A stretch of 64,000 bases of DNA from Oopsacas minuta. Lineage: Eukaryota > Animalia > Porifera. Below are positions 13,501-26,300 of the stretch, piece by piece. Below the pieces are notes generated by a model. The model did not search any database. It saw only the letters and a list, made by a program, of their open reading frames with translations, and was not told the DNA's origin. The stretch's first letter is position 1; every line of letters begins with the position of its first letter. The DNA lies in contig JAKMXF010000255.1 in the NCBI GenBank assembly GCA_024704765.1, positions 124,001 to 188,000 of the forward strand, given 5' to 3'. A program made the position numbers and the translations under genes.

Positions 13501-14320
13501 CACCACACTTATTGAATTGAGAAATACTTGAAAAAGTTTCCAATACAAGACTCAGTGTACCTGTGGGGTCACTAATAAGCTCTTCATGATGTCCCTCCAT
13601 TGGTAACAAAGCTTTTCCAGTTAGGAAATTCAAATACACATCGACAAGAAGCATCATATCCTCTTGTTTAATTTCTAGAGGTATTATGAAGGTAGAGTAG
13701 GTAATTTTGAAGAGAAGCCACCAAGCACGAGAGGATAAAGCTTGTGCATTAACAACATATTTCAGCAATTGAACAATCAGCTTGTTCATATGTAAAGTTT
13801 CAGCGATATAGGTTACTTGTTCATTCTCTTCCTTGTTAAGACTGGAATTAAAGCTAATCGCATCTAGCATATCTACCCATAGTTCTAGGAAAAGTTCGAG
13901 CGAGAAGTTAGTGAAAGGATTCTCAGAGGATTCTGCAAGAAGACAGCTGAATGTTTCATAAATTAATTCTCCTGATTTGGAGAGTGAATTTTGCATTTCT
14001 GTTAGAGATAACTTTCGATGTGGATAGACTATGGTTTGATTGATTGACGGGGCTTGCGTGCCTTCGCTAAGCGCGTTAGCTAGCGATTCGGCTTCTTCTT
14101 TCGCAAGTAATTGCAATTGTGTTTCCGCGAAATAGTCGAAAGTGTTGGATAATCTATCATCGATAACTTTAGAGTATTGTTCAGTTAATTTTATGGTTTG
14201 ACTAGTAGTGGAGCCCCGCTGAACTAAGGATTCAAATTCGTCTGGTACCTCTATCTTCACACCGAGTTTTTCTGCCTTTCCTTTAATTTTGTGTAGCCTT
14301 CTCATTAATTTGTCGATCAC
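7571..14320 (-). CDS. BIRC6: BIRC6 terminal exon (6.75 kb) including the UBC domain
   Basis: Acceptor CGTCTAG at 14321; UBC with catalytic Cys in [27 protein letters not shown]; stop at 7571-7573. Confidence 0.95.
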   Translation of the reverse strand: [2249 protein letters not shown]

Positions 14321-17300
14321 CTAGACGTGCATAAATAATATTAATAATATATAAGATCTCCGTGTGAAGCACTAGACAAATATATGTGGAAACTCTCCTG
14401 AAATAGGAAGAATTACGTAGGCAGAGAATAACCGATAATAATTATTATTGAATCGTTAAGAGGAATTAAATAAATAAGTACCCATCTAATGAATACACAG
14501 ACATTCTCTATGGTAGAAAGGGAAGTTAATTAACGATACATTCCAGGTTTTATCAAACAATTTATGGAAATATCTGCGCCATAAACTTCCAGCAAGTAAT
14601 GCAATGAGACAGAAATTAGATACAGTAACATCACATAACAACCTGGAAAGTAAGTATGTAATTAAAACACAGTCGCGAAGAGAGATAAAGATTGAATCAG
14701 GTTAATCAAATTGCACAGGGTGGAGTTCAAGATATTACACATGTCTACGGGGTGAGGTAACCAATTACTGTTAGGTAATAATAAATATACTGCCCACATA
14801 GTAACGAGGGGCAATTAATTACATTATGTGATGTCAAAATTAGATTTCTTAATTATTAAATGTCTAATGTAATTATCTATTAGAAAAATTGATGTTAAAT
14901 CGTATTGAAAAGGAAATCATTCACATTCAAAATATACGTGGACATGCGTAGATTAGATCAAATTGGCATTTGGTAGTTTTGTTGTTAGATCAAAGGAAAT
15001 TACCTGTATATGCTGTTGTTTGGTTGAATGCAGTAAAGTAACATTCTCAGGAACTTCTGTGTTAAATGGTACAACTGCTAGTTCATTTTCTGTCTGGCCA
15101 GACTCTTGAGTACCCTCTATAGCGGGAGGGCTAGATTTCGTTGCATGATTACTGAGAGCTCTATGCCTATTCGGACCTGTAACAAACTCGGAGTAGAGAA
15201 TGTTGATGAATAGACAGCGTAGTGTGTGTGATGCCCATTGACTACCTTTAGTAGGTGTAGGTATAAGTGGGACTATATTCTCAGGGTTGGTGAGAGCACG
15301 GGTTAGAAGTAGATTGAGTTGGTCTTTGGAGAATAGCTCATAGATTGATAATGTTGGGATTGAGATTAAGGATATCTTTGAATGGAGGAAAATTAAAATT
15401 GAAAATGGAGGATAATATTAATAAAAATTCAAAATATTTTATGGAAATTCCACAACAAAAAGCCCATAAGAATAATGAAATAACCTCGAGACTTGAATAT
15501 TATGTAAGGGGAAATATACTTTGATCTCAGATTAGAACAAAAACTATATGACTCCTACTGCAATTTACTACGGTAATTCCAACCTATTCGTACAACATAT
15601 GATATATAAAATAGAGTAGGAACTTACCTTGCTTAATATCTTGCATGCAATTAGGTACAGATCTAGATGGTAGGTAGAATCCATAGCTAATAGTAGTCGT
15701 ATTAGAGACTTTGCTAGAGGAGAGCATACCTCAAACGGAATGAAACAAGATTGATCCACCTCTTGTTCTCCCTGCTCAGAGGCAGGCAGCTTAGCTTTAA
15801 CACAAGCGAGTTTCCTCTCAAACTTACGCACCAGAAGACAAGCTCTCTGGAATCTTAGTGTCATAGCATCCTTATAGTGCTTTTTAGCTGTGTGTTTGAT
15901 ACGTTTCAATCTATTGTATATAGTCTGAACACTAGGGTGGGATTCTCCCTCCTTCATTTTCTCCTTCATAGCCTGATACTCCCCGTACAGAGATTGGTAT
16001 TGTAGTCTCAATTCTTCTACTCGTTGTTTATGCATTGTCACAATACGACTAATCCTGTGACGCTCCTTCTTCTCTTCATCAGATGTAGCTACATCTACGC
16101 TCTGTGGAGTACCAGTAGCTCCTTGAGGCTTAGCTACTGATTGTGCTGCTTTATTGGTAGGAGGATGCTCCAGGTTTGTACCGGGTAATATGAAGTCCCA
16201 TTTGCTAGACTTAGAAGCAGCAGTTGATTGAGTTGTAGTGCTGGTTGAGGTAGTGTCTTTTAGCTTAGTAGTAGTTGGCTGTGTGTAGTATTTCTCCAGT
16301 AAACGAAGTAGTAATAATAGACCCCAGCTCAATAGCTGTATGTCTGCTATTGCTGGCATACAGAACCCTAGTTCGTCCTGTACACCCTCTGTGTAGACAG
16401 GCAACAAATCGGATAATATCTTAGAAAGACATTCTATTATCTGACTAGTTCCAGGAGACATCTCTGCCATGTAAGACACAATTAAGAATACGCGGTCTTT
16501 CACAACCACGCGGGACATTCCGATAGAGAACAGGTTTTTAAGGAGGCCGGCTATGAACTCAGGCCACCAGGGCTGAGAAGAGGAGGATGTGATCAGTAGG
16601 GAACTCACCTTAACAAGGAGCTCTGGCCTAGCGATTAGACATGTCTTATAGAAAAGAGATTCACATAAACTGCGATCCAACGTCAGTAGAGATGTATGAT
16701 CCTCTGAGGCGAATGCGAGCTCTCCGTAGACATCCTAATACGATTACAATAATTGTAATAGTAAAACATGAACCTGTAATTGTACTCGTAATATAACGCA
16801 AATCAACTCCATTCATTATCATAGAGGGTATAATGTATTGCTAGAATTACTAATCTCAGTTTAATAATTCGCATAAGGATATCAGACTTGTAATTACATT
16901 GTGAAGATGGGGGAGGAAACATAGAATTTTTGTGTTCAATCGCTAAAAAACATGTCTGGGGGTAGATAGCTGTAATTTGTTAGATCATAGATTTGAAGAT
17001 GATAGGGAAGTATTCTTGAGTATTCCTGGAAATTGTATTATTGCGCTTACGTAAAAGAGAATCGCGTTAATAATTAGGAATCAATGTTAGGATGATAATT
17101 GTTAATAGAATATTCTATATTTAATTAGAACAGAGATAATATTGGAGGAATATATCCCAACAATATGGTTTTAATATGTGTAGTTAATTCATGAATGCAA
17201 GTGAGGAGATAACGTTCACGTGAAGGCGGCGACATTATCTTCCAGAAATTTATCAATAATTTGCAATAAAAGATCAACACTTCTTGGAATGACGTGAGCT

Positions 17301-20300
17301 TTTGAATGATTAATTTTCGTTATTTTAGTTATCAACTAGTAGGAACTCTATTATTAAATAATTAATACAAATGCAAAATAATGCATTAGTATTGTTTCAT
17401 AATAAACTTATAACTTCCGTTCAATTAAAATAACCTCCTTTATTATTTATCCGAAAATCACTCCATAGACATAAAATCTTTTGTGTTAATTTACCTAAAA
17501 ATCCATGAAAATATTTAATAAACAAATCAGAGGTAAATCACAGTTTGCTGCAAAGTATACGATTGACGTTATTAGCCAAAAGGAAGCAGTACTCATCTCA
17601 TCTTTCGTGAAGTTACAAGAAAGATATGAGTGGAATTTGGTTCTTTTCTTACGGAAATAAGATTGAGATAAGTCAGACAATAGCTGGGCCAACAAGATAC
17701 TTTTGAATTGATAAGTATATATTCGAGTTATCAATACATACAATCTTAGCCAAAGCCTCTTATTATTCGTTCCCAAAGCACTTGCATTCTATGAGACAGT
17801 ATCGTTTCTATGGTTAGTTGGCTACTAATCAGATGGTTCGGAATGCATTGAATATTTTGTAGGTTTATTTTGCCAAATATACGTATAACAAACCATTTTC
17901 AAATATAAATACTTGTGTATATATTTCACAAGATTTTAAGTGTTTGCAATGCGGCCTATTTATTCAGGAGTTTGAACAAAATATACCGTAATTACAACTT
18001 CACAATCTCTATCTGTAGCAACACAACAAGTTATTGTATTTATTTCAAGAACTAATGAATCTAAAATTTATCATTGAATTAATTCCAATTGGGTATAGTA
18101 GCATAGATCATTAGTGGAAATAAATTTTAACATCGACAGAAGCCTGTCTTATTATCTGACAAAATGTCATGGATAAACAGAATCAAAGTGTGGAGGATTC
18201 TCTACCAATGGGAAAGACATATGTCTGAATGATTAGCACGCCATCTTTGTTAGAAATATCAAAAACATAACAAGATAGGAAGAACAAGGGCTTATCGAGA
18301 TAGATTAACCCTACGCTATGATAAAGCGAGCAATTTCATACTAGCATAACTATGAATATATTATCATTCTAGGAAATAAATCTAATCTAGGAATTTAAAT
18401 AAGATAAATTACCTTATCGTCATCTTCATCATCTCCCATCAGGATACTGTCCTGTCTCGCGAAAGGCGGACTGTTTAGATCCAGACCTTTCGCATGTGAG
18501 TTGAAGCATGCAGATAACATCGTGTCTACAATACACTCTACTATAAGATTGAGGTAGTTATCTGGTATCAGGGGTGGACGTATAAGAGGAGATGACTTAA
18601 CGTGAGTAGGGGATAGAAGAGATTCAGTGGAAGTGTCTTCTTGGATTGATATATGAGCTGTATCACAAGTACGTTCTATCATACGTCTCAAACGATTCAT
18701 TTGCAGGCGGAACCAACTGCATTTGTGATAAGACTGTAAGGAAGAGATTAGATCAAATATCAAATTTACTTAAGACAAAGAGTATTTTAATAAATTATAA
18801 TCTTTGTGCCGTAAATTTAATTTCTCCAAATAAGGACTTGTATGAAAATCAAACATACGTCATGATTAAACCTCTTATCACTAATTAATATAGAATTAGA
18901 AACTTGGAAACATATAATTTTTAGAATTCTAATCATGTCCGTCTCCCAGTAAGGATTCGAGTTCAATAAATTTTTCAAATTATTCGTCTAGCATTCAATT
19001 AGATAAAAAGCCCTGTACAACTTCTGCAGATAGTGGGGAAGATGTCATCGGACAAATTTCTTAGAAATTTACTGATTAAAACTTAAAACAGTACTTTTTC
19101 GGTAATTCCAATAGTTGATTACTGTTGTTAGCCAAAAAATTCTAACTTAAATGTGCTAATCAAACAAGTAATTATTATGTGCGATGAATAAATAAAACTT
19201 TGTGTGGAAATATAATTTTGGAATATTATTATGGATTGATGGAGAAGCATTGGATAAAACACGATGCATTGAGCAAAGGATGAACGTATAATAAAACAAA
19301 CCTCATCAAAAGCATAATAAGAATAAAACACGAAAAAGTATATTTTAATTGAAACCGAATTATCAGAAACTTCAAAGAAAATATATTTCTATACAAAGAA
19401 CTGATTATTATTTTACAAGCTGAGTTAAGAAACACTAGCCTCTACAAGGGTTAAGTGGCTTTTGACTTAATGTTATAATGATTATTCTTGGGAGAGATAA
19501 CAAACCATGATGTGTGAACTATATTAATTTACATTTCCAATGAATCAGAGAGGTTAATGACTGAATAATGTGTGAATTTCTAACTTAATTCGTATATTAG
19601 AGAATTATAAGAATATGCAAGAGATCTTTGAGACTTAAAATTCTCATAATTCGTATATATTTCCACATAAAATAAAGCTTTTTTGCAAACAAGCCTGATT
19701 CTAGTGAATAAATTTGTCCAATACTTATCAAGCAAACCGCACAATAGTAACTTTATGTTAAGTTAATGCTCTCAGCCCTTTTAGCTTTCAAAGGGTAAGT
19801 CATCAATTCGAGAATGTACCTTTTGATCTATCAGATTTAGTAAAATAGCTTGTTACACAAGGCTAGACTATTGATAAGTTGGAAATATTTATTGATATCT
19901 TCTTATATGCGTTTCAAAGAATAAAGACAAGATGAGATTGTTTAGTTAATCACCAGTGGCAATTATATCTACATTTAGTATACGGCTAGAGTACACAATT
20001 TATCATACATGGCGTGTTATAACCCATTACAGCGGATGCCGGTTATAAGAACATGTATTGCTCCTCCCAAGAGCGTTCTTATAACCGTGATTAACTGCAT
20101 TTAAACTGTCACTAATTCCATAAATATACTCACTTGCGCAATTTCTAGTTTAGCATCACTTGGAATATTTCCGTTATCAATATGCTGAATAGTTTGTAGT
20201 AGGGAAATCAACTTGCTCCTATGAGATTGGTATTCAGTACGTATGAGTCGTAGAGTTTCAATCTGTACCGGAAGAGTGCCTTTAGCGTATTGAGCGGGTA

Positions 20301-23300
20301 GAGGGGGCCTCCCGAAAAACACTCCCATATTGACTTTAGCCAGAGCTCCTCCAGCCCCTAGCTTACCACCAAGAGATACTTTAATGAATCTACATACTGG
20401 AGGAGGAGAGATGTTTGAAAGTACAAATGCCTTCGTAGAGAAATCATTGGTAGAACCTAGCCTAATTGGATCATCATCACCACCATCTTTCCACACGTCT
20501 ACAGCAACAGAGCTCATATACTCACAAGGGGGTATAAAGAAATCGCTCAATTCTACAGCATGCTCTAACTCAAATGTAGCGTAATACACAGCCCCTGATT
20601 GTACGCTATCTACAGTAAGCATGAATTGTTTGGGTTGCTGTAACAGCCATCTGTGTAGATCATGCACATTAGAGTACACAGTAGGGAGTTCTGGTTTCCC
20701 GGGATTGGTTGAGGTGAAAGTATTATAATCGAAGTCAGAAATCTCAATCTGAGGCTGTGTGGGAACGGAAGAAAGGATAGAGGTTAGTCTGTCTATCATA
20801 TGCTCGATATAGTCAGCAGGTCCAGAATCTGTTCCACCACTCAACTGTACTGGATCAACCTATATTGAATATTAGCGAGTTATAATCATGTAATTATCTA
20901 GAGAAATATTATTATCTGCTAGACTACACATAAGGCTGTGTAAGGTAACCAAATCAACATACCTCTATACCAGTATTGATGTCAGGAGCAGTATTCTTCA
21001 TGTCGCTGAGAATATCTTTTTCTTTATCCACAATGTTACAAGTACAGTTTTTCAAAGCTGGTACAAATTTAAGTAGGAGTGGTTGAGAGTCTAATAGCCC
21101 CATTGACGAGTAAGCTAAGTACTCAGGGAGAGGAGTAACTGGTACTTGTAGTTTCTTATTGGCAGCTAAAACAGCTGGAGTAGTGGGTGTGGGGGCAGGA
21201 GAAGTGCCTGTTCCCGAGGTACTGGTTACACCTGTAGTGTGCTGTATCATCTTAGATAGATCGTCATGTACGTAGGAAGTAACCCCCTTCACAGATGCAA
21301 GATCCAGAATATAAGTTACCTGGTGTAAGTAATATGAACACATAATCAAGTCATGATACAAATCACATGAGCATTGAACTTCAATTAATAATACTATAAT
21401 TTGGGATCATATTGTGGTACCTGGGGAGTAGCGGTGCTGGTGGATCCAGGAGGTTTTGGGGGAGGAGATGTGTACTTGAGAGAGGGTAGAGGAGCGTCCC
21501 AGATGTAGGGGTCGAGTGGGGCACCGTATAGATCAAACTTTGAGCAGAGAACAGCATGTAGAGCTTCATGCTGATTGCTAAGCTTGTTAAGACATAGTAA
21601 TAGTAAGTCTACTAGAGAAGGAGCGGTTAACTCAGATTGATATGCCAATGATAAGAAGTTGAGGAGTTTGAATAGCCAGGATACTCCTACAGGGAAACAT
21701 ACGTCTAGAGCTATAGTGGGCAAGAGGGAGAGAAGGGCTGAGCTCAAACAGTTGAGGAAGTTTGAATGGTTAGACGGAGGACCGTCGGAGGAATCTTCAC
21801 TCTTGAGGAGGGTAGCGATGAGACGGACACATTTATGAGCTGTCTCACGGGTGCCATGAAGCAGACACGACTCTAGTAAACGCTTCAGATATTCTGAAAC
21901 CACTTTAGGGAAGTTAGGAATAGGAGCAGCGTCATGAGCCTGATATAATAAATAGGAAATATTGTCAAATAAGAGTTGCCAAAAGTGCTGCTTAATCATA
22001 CAGTCAACTCCCATTATATTGATTTGTACAATTTCATGCTTCGATATAAGCTGGTATTTCGACATATCCGTGCTTAATATAACGGAAATTGATTCTAGTT
22101 AAAACGTGTAATTATATCTATATGGAGGCTATGCAATATACAGGTGGTCACTAACCAAGATCAATATACACTAAAATACTAGTATACAATATTTCGATAT
22201 TCTAATACCTCCATACTGGCCTACGTAATAGACAGTTACCTGAGTCCATTAATGTCGTATAGATATTTGCTAACATATTAGTTACGACCTACGGTTATTG
22301 GATAAATATTCGATGTGACAACGACTGGATAGTCCTACAACCTACAAACTACTGCTTAATGATGTCGTTACACAATACCAATCTAAATATTCATCTAATA
22401 AGACTGTTGCTGGGTTAATTTGATTAGCATGCGATTTTGTGGCATAAATATTGTATGAAAATGGTTTATGGTTGCTTTAAGCTGTTGTAACATCTAACTG
22501 GAGTCCTAACACTTACTTGCATGCCAGCTATCCAGCTGCACAAATCTAGCGCATACAGTTGCATATCGTCCAGCTGATCCAACTCAACAGTAGCTTCATC
22601 CTCTTGAGGCTGTCTAATCGCGATTTTTAATAATGCAGCCTGTAACTTTTCATCTCTAACATAACTCCTAAGTGTTAGTAAGTGTGTAGCTGTAACAGAA
22701 GAGCTAGGCTGATAAACTGTAATGTAGATTGTTTCAATAGGAAATTCCTTCTCTTTCTTCTTATCTTTTGAATCTTTATCCTTCTCGTGTTAACAGATAA
22801 TATAAATAAGTTCCAAATATAAGAAATTGATATTTAATTGAATTACCTTATCATCCTTAGATTCTTTCTTATCTTTCTCCTTGTCTTTATCATCCTCAGG
22901 TTTATCCTTCCCCTCTAGGCTAGGGATATCCTCTCCTGCCTCTCCCATGTTAGAGTCATGAATAACTAAGAATAGACTCCTCCCTTTTATAGACAAGAGC
23001 TGCGGGCTAGCTAGGTAAGCAATACCAGAGGTACCAGTAGCATCAAGACAGGCCTGTATCTTGATTGGACCGCTGAGATAACGTAACTTTAGACCTGCAA
23101 TAGACATAGTGTCATTTCCACTATCGACCTTATTCTCTTTACTCTCTGATGCGTCTTTAGCTGATACAGGAGCCAGTAAGCTAACCAGCAGGTCTCCTGG
23201 CAGCTCTATGTGATTGTGGAGATAGAATTTAACCTAGAGAGGTATGAGTACAGTCAACTCCCGCTTGTATCGAAGTAATTAATGAAGTCCTTAGCTTCAA

Positions 23301-26300
23301 TAAAACTGGAATTGACTGTATTCGAATGTATGTATGTCATTATGTGTGATAGTAAAACCAGGTGTTCGCCATTATTTCCCTTTCTATCGATATTTTTCGT
23401 CAAAATTAGGAATTCACATATTATAAATTCAAGTATACCTCTATATGAGAGAGAGGAGATGCGTGTGGTAGAGTAAGCTCAAACAAGTGAGGCTTGTTAT
23501 GAGCTTCTTTCTGACCATCTGAAGGTTTGTACTGCAAGCAGAGACGAGATTGCTCCTTCTTAGCCTGCTGGTGTACATGTAGAGGATTTCTCCTGTTCTG
23601 CTGCTCAGGTTTAATCTCTCTCCACCCAGTAGGAGGAGACATAATAGGCCGATTCTCTATTATCTGACCTTGATATGAATTGCATAAGGTCCGTAGCTTA
23701 TCGAATGTGAGAGGACTATAAGAAATAAATCCATAATACCAGCTACAGTATAACCCGGACAAGACATACCCATAACCATAAGTACGTACTAAGTGTAGCT
23801 ACTAAGGAATTAGAAATTAGTCTATAATGACAGTAAAATATTGAATTTGGTAATTGCATTGCGTTGTAGTTTTCCAATCTAGGGAGTGTATTGATAATTG
23901 CATTATCATAGAAATCTTAATGACATTATAGGTTGTTTCGGGGGAGTGCACACATTATCTTATCAGAAAGCTAGAAGGAAGATAGACAATACAACTATGA
24001 TTTTAATAAGAATTAGAATAAGATTTGAGAAATAAGATTCTTGCCCAACAAGAGAAGACAACCCCTGTATTATGATATCTTAATTATACAAAAGTAAAGT
24101 GTTTAACACTTCTCTACAGAATTGACTATTAGTTTACACAAGATTAGTGTTATTGGTGCAATCATATGACACAAGATATGGCCATTTATACAAATTCTCA
24201 CTTTATCAGTGTGTATTTTGACCTGTTACATCAACAAAATAATAATATTATTGCTTGCATTCAATTACGGTAATCACCATTAGTCTATTATTACCCGAGC
24301 TAAATAACTGGGTATACAAGTAGAGAAAAATTGACAACATGCAAACACCCTTCTAGCTTCTACATCTAAGATGATGCTTCAAAACTACCCCAAAAAATCT
24401 GAAATTTTACAGTACGAATTTCGGTATACGCATTAACTCCCGTTCTTATTAAGCTGGAATTATACAGTTGATGCCGTGTCGGTTATAAGAACACCCTTGG
24501 GAGTAGCAATTCATGTTCTTATAACGGCATAAATATACAGGAATATATATGAGACCCGGTTTCTAGAGGATAGTGCTGATATCCGGTGTTCTTATAATTA
24601 TAACCGGCATCCAGTGTATACGTAATAGTGCTTGTAAATTCATCAGATCTCAAATATACCTAGAAAGGAACTCTTGATCCATTTCATATCCAGCAGTAAT
24701 AGCAGCCTGTTCAGTACTGGTAGAGTTCAGCGTGAATAGAGCACCTTGTGGAGTATACAGTCTGAGTACACCATCTAATGAGACAGCAGCAATTCTATCT
24801 AGCCCCTTACAGTAAGTTATGTGTGTGAATGGATTGTCCTTATTATCTCTCTCTATTTTACAAATAGGAGATAGAGTCAGTAAGTCAAGAACACACACGT
24901 CTCCGTTTGCATTGATTCCAGCCTACACAATAAATAGAGCATTACAGACCAGGAAATGATAATAAAGTCCTGTAATTACATAAATGGAACAAGCTGTTAC
25001 CTTTGATAAATAATTGCAGTTCGAATTTGGAATATAAATGAAAGAGACATAATGCAATGCGCTAATTACCAAATAATCAAACAATATTTTCAAAAGAAAA
25101 TATACAAGATATTAGATGTAATTACAATATCAAGTTGTTAACTGACATGTTTTGTTGTAGCAGAGTTCTATGCAATAACCATATCAAAGTATATTCATAA
25201 TTGTCTTATATTAGTGTGTCAACATTCATATTTACTTGTTTACAATCAAATGTCACTACTCTACGTAAACCACATGATAGAGAATCTATAAGTTAATCCC
25301 ACCTGATATTAACCCAAAATTGAGGATACAAAACATTAAATTGTGCAATTTCTAACAAGAATTATGAATGAATTACAGATCACTAGACAGAATTGATTTC
25401 TCTCTGAATGTAAGTAAAAAGAAGATACAGTAGGCCTCGGAATTACGGTCACCCTTGGGATCGAAATTCAAAATTAACCATGACTTACCACGAAACAATA
25501 TTTCTTCTTAAAATAACCTTTGCTCCTATTCAACCACTTATACTTCTCTGCTGGAAACTCCATCTCTTCAAATAAAGTTTGTATAAACATTTCATCCTCA
25601 GATCCCGAAGATTCTACCTCAGCTTCCTGATTGTAAGAGCCTAGTGTTTCTGTTTCAAGTTTCTTCGCAAACGGGAGAATAGTAAAATGAGAGAATGAAC
25701 TTATTTTGTCTTTGAAAGGAGTTAAAGAAATAGGTGAACTGATGAAAATAGATTTATTGAATGAGTTGAGTTTGTAGAATAGAACACCTCCAGTAGCCTA
25801 GGTAAATGTAAGTAAATTAACGAACCATGGATAATAATAATAATAATTCCTTCGTATACTTACCCTCTTCTCATCATCTCTATTCCATTTTAATAACAGA
25901 CATATAGATTCCCCACCTCTCTGCACTATAATCTGCTCCACTCTACACTCTTGGAGTCCAGCAGGAACCTGCAATAACAATGACTGTATGTGTAACGAAT
26001 TGAGAGCTGAAACTTGCTCGTTATCACCCTGTACGATTAAGGAGCTGCTGCTCTCTGTCGTGTCATCAAGATCATCATTACCTCCATCATCAGTACTCTG
26101 TTGACCCTGTGGTGCTAGCATTAAGAGATCATTAATCTCTTCATCAAGATCTGAATCAAATGACACGTCAGAAGACAAATTCATATGCTTAGGATTAGCA
26201 TTCATCTTGTTAGGCGGAACGAGAGGTTTAGAAACTCGATGAACCTGAATTTTGGAATGAAAAATGGTAAGGTTATCAGAGTTTCTATTTATAGAAAGGA

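Noticed and set aside
17495-17990. 93-aa ORF and a stop-riddled plus-strand frame in BIRC6 intron 15, as a possible nested pseudogene or transposon relic
   Set aside because: No recognisable motif and AT-rich noncoding composition; a tBLASTx/HMM search would be needed.
19128-19435. Two overlapping 67-68 aa minus-strand ORFs in BIRC6 intron 14
   Set aside because: F/I/Y-rich random-like translation; the BIRC6 frame closes without them.
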